This document shows, piece by piece, positions 63,817 to 64,000 of a stretch of DNA of 64,000 nucleotides. Every line of letters begins with the position of its first letter. The first letter of the stretch is position 1. The stretch is from positions 120,712-184,711 of the forward strand of contig NW_015175991.1 in the NCBI RefSeq assembly GCF_001447785.1. The letters are read 5' to 3'. Both the position numbers and the translations under genes were made by a program. Under the pieces are notes generated by a model. The model worked only from the letters and a program-made list of their open reading frames with translations, did not search any database and was not told the DNA's origin. This DNA comes from Gekko japonicus. Taxonomy: Eukaryota.

Positions 63817-64000
63817 GTGAGTTTGAATTCAGCATATGAATTTATAAAGCTGTCTTCTACCAAGTTAAACCTCTGATCCAACTAGCTCTGTGTTGCTTAT
63901 GCTAGCTAGCTGCAGTTTTCAGGGGTCCCAGGCTTAGGGAAGGTTCTACCACCTGGGATGCTTTCTTTAACTGTGCTGGGATCAAATGTACTGCATCCAA

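Overview
Vertebrate genomic DNA, most likely a squamate reptile (Sauria SINEs, a 5S-derived SINE, BovB, CR1, L2, DIRS and squamate-type L1 are present; gecko is an inference from the SINE/MITE types). Four spliced genes can be rebuilt exon by exon with canonical GT-AG sites and consistent phase: the last 11 coding exons of PROSER1 (+, 283-19400), complete GEMIN2 (+, 22595-33698, 264 aa), complete TRAPPC6B (-, 45926-37511, 158 aa) and the first 7 coding exons of PNN (+, 57009-63816). Introns and intergenic DNA carry nested transposons. The most notable items are: (1) a ~7.3 kb L1 insertion bounded by one 13-bp target-site duplication that carries two dissimilar ORF1 genes in tandem and a second, internal L1-type 5' end; (2) a decayed DIRS retroelement in a PROSER1 intron, hit by a hAT MITE and by an ~830-bp fold-back, Penelope-like insertion with a degenerate hammerhead-ribozyme core; (3) PROSER1 sitting directly upstream of GEMIN2, where mammals have SEC23A; (4) a perfect 27-bp hairpin in GEMIN2 intron 2. 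Three assembly gaps are present. Gene and repeat family names come from recognition of translated sequence and motifs, not from database searches; repeat boundaries without a TSD are approximate.
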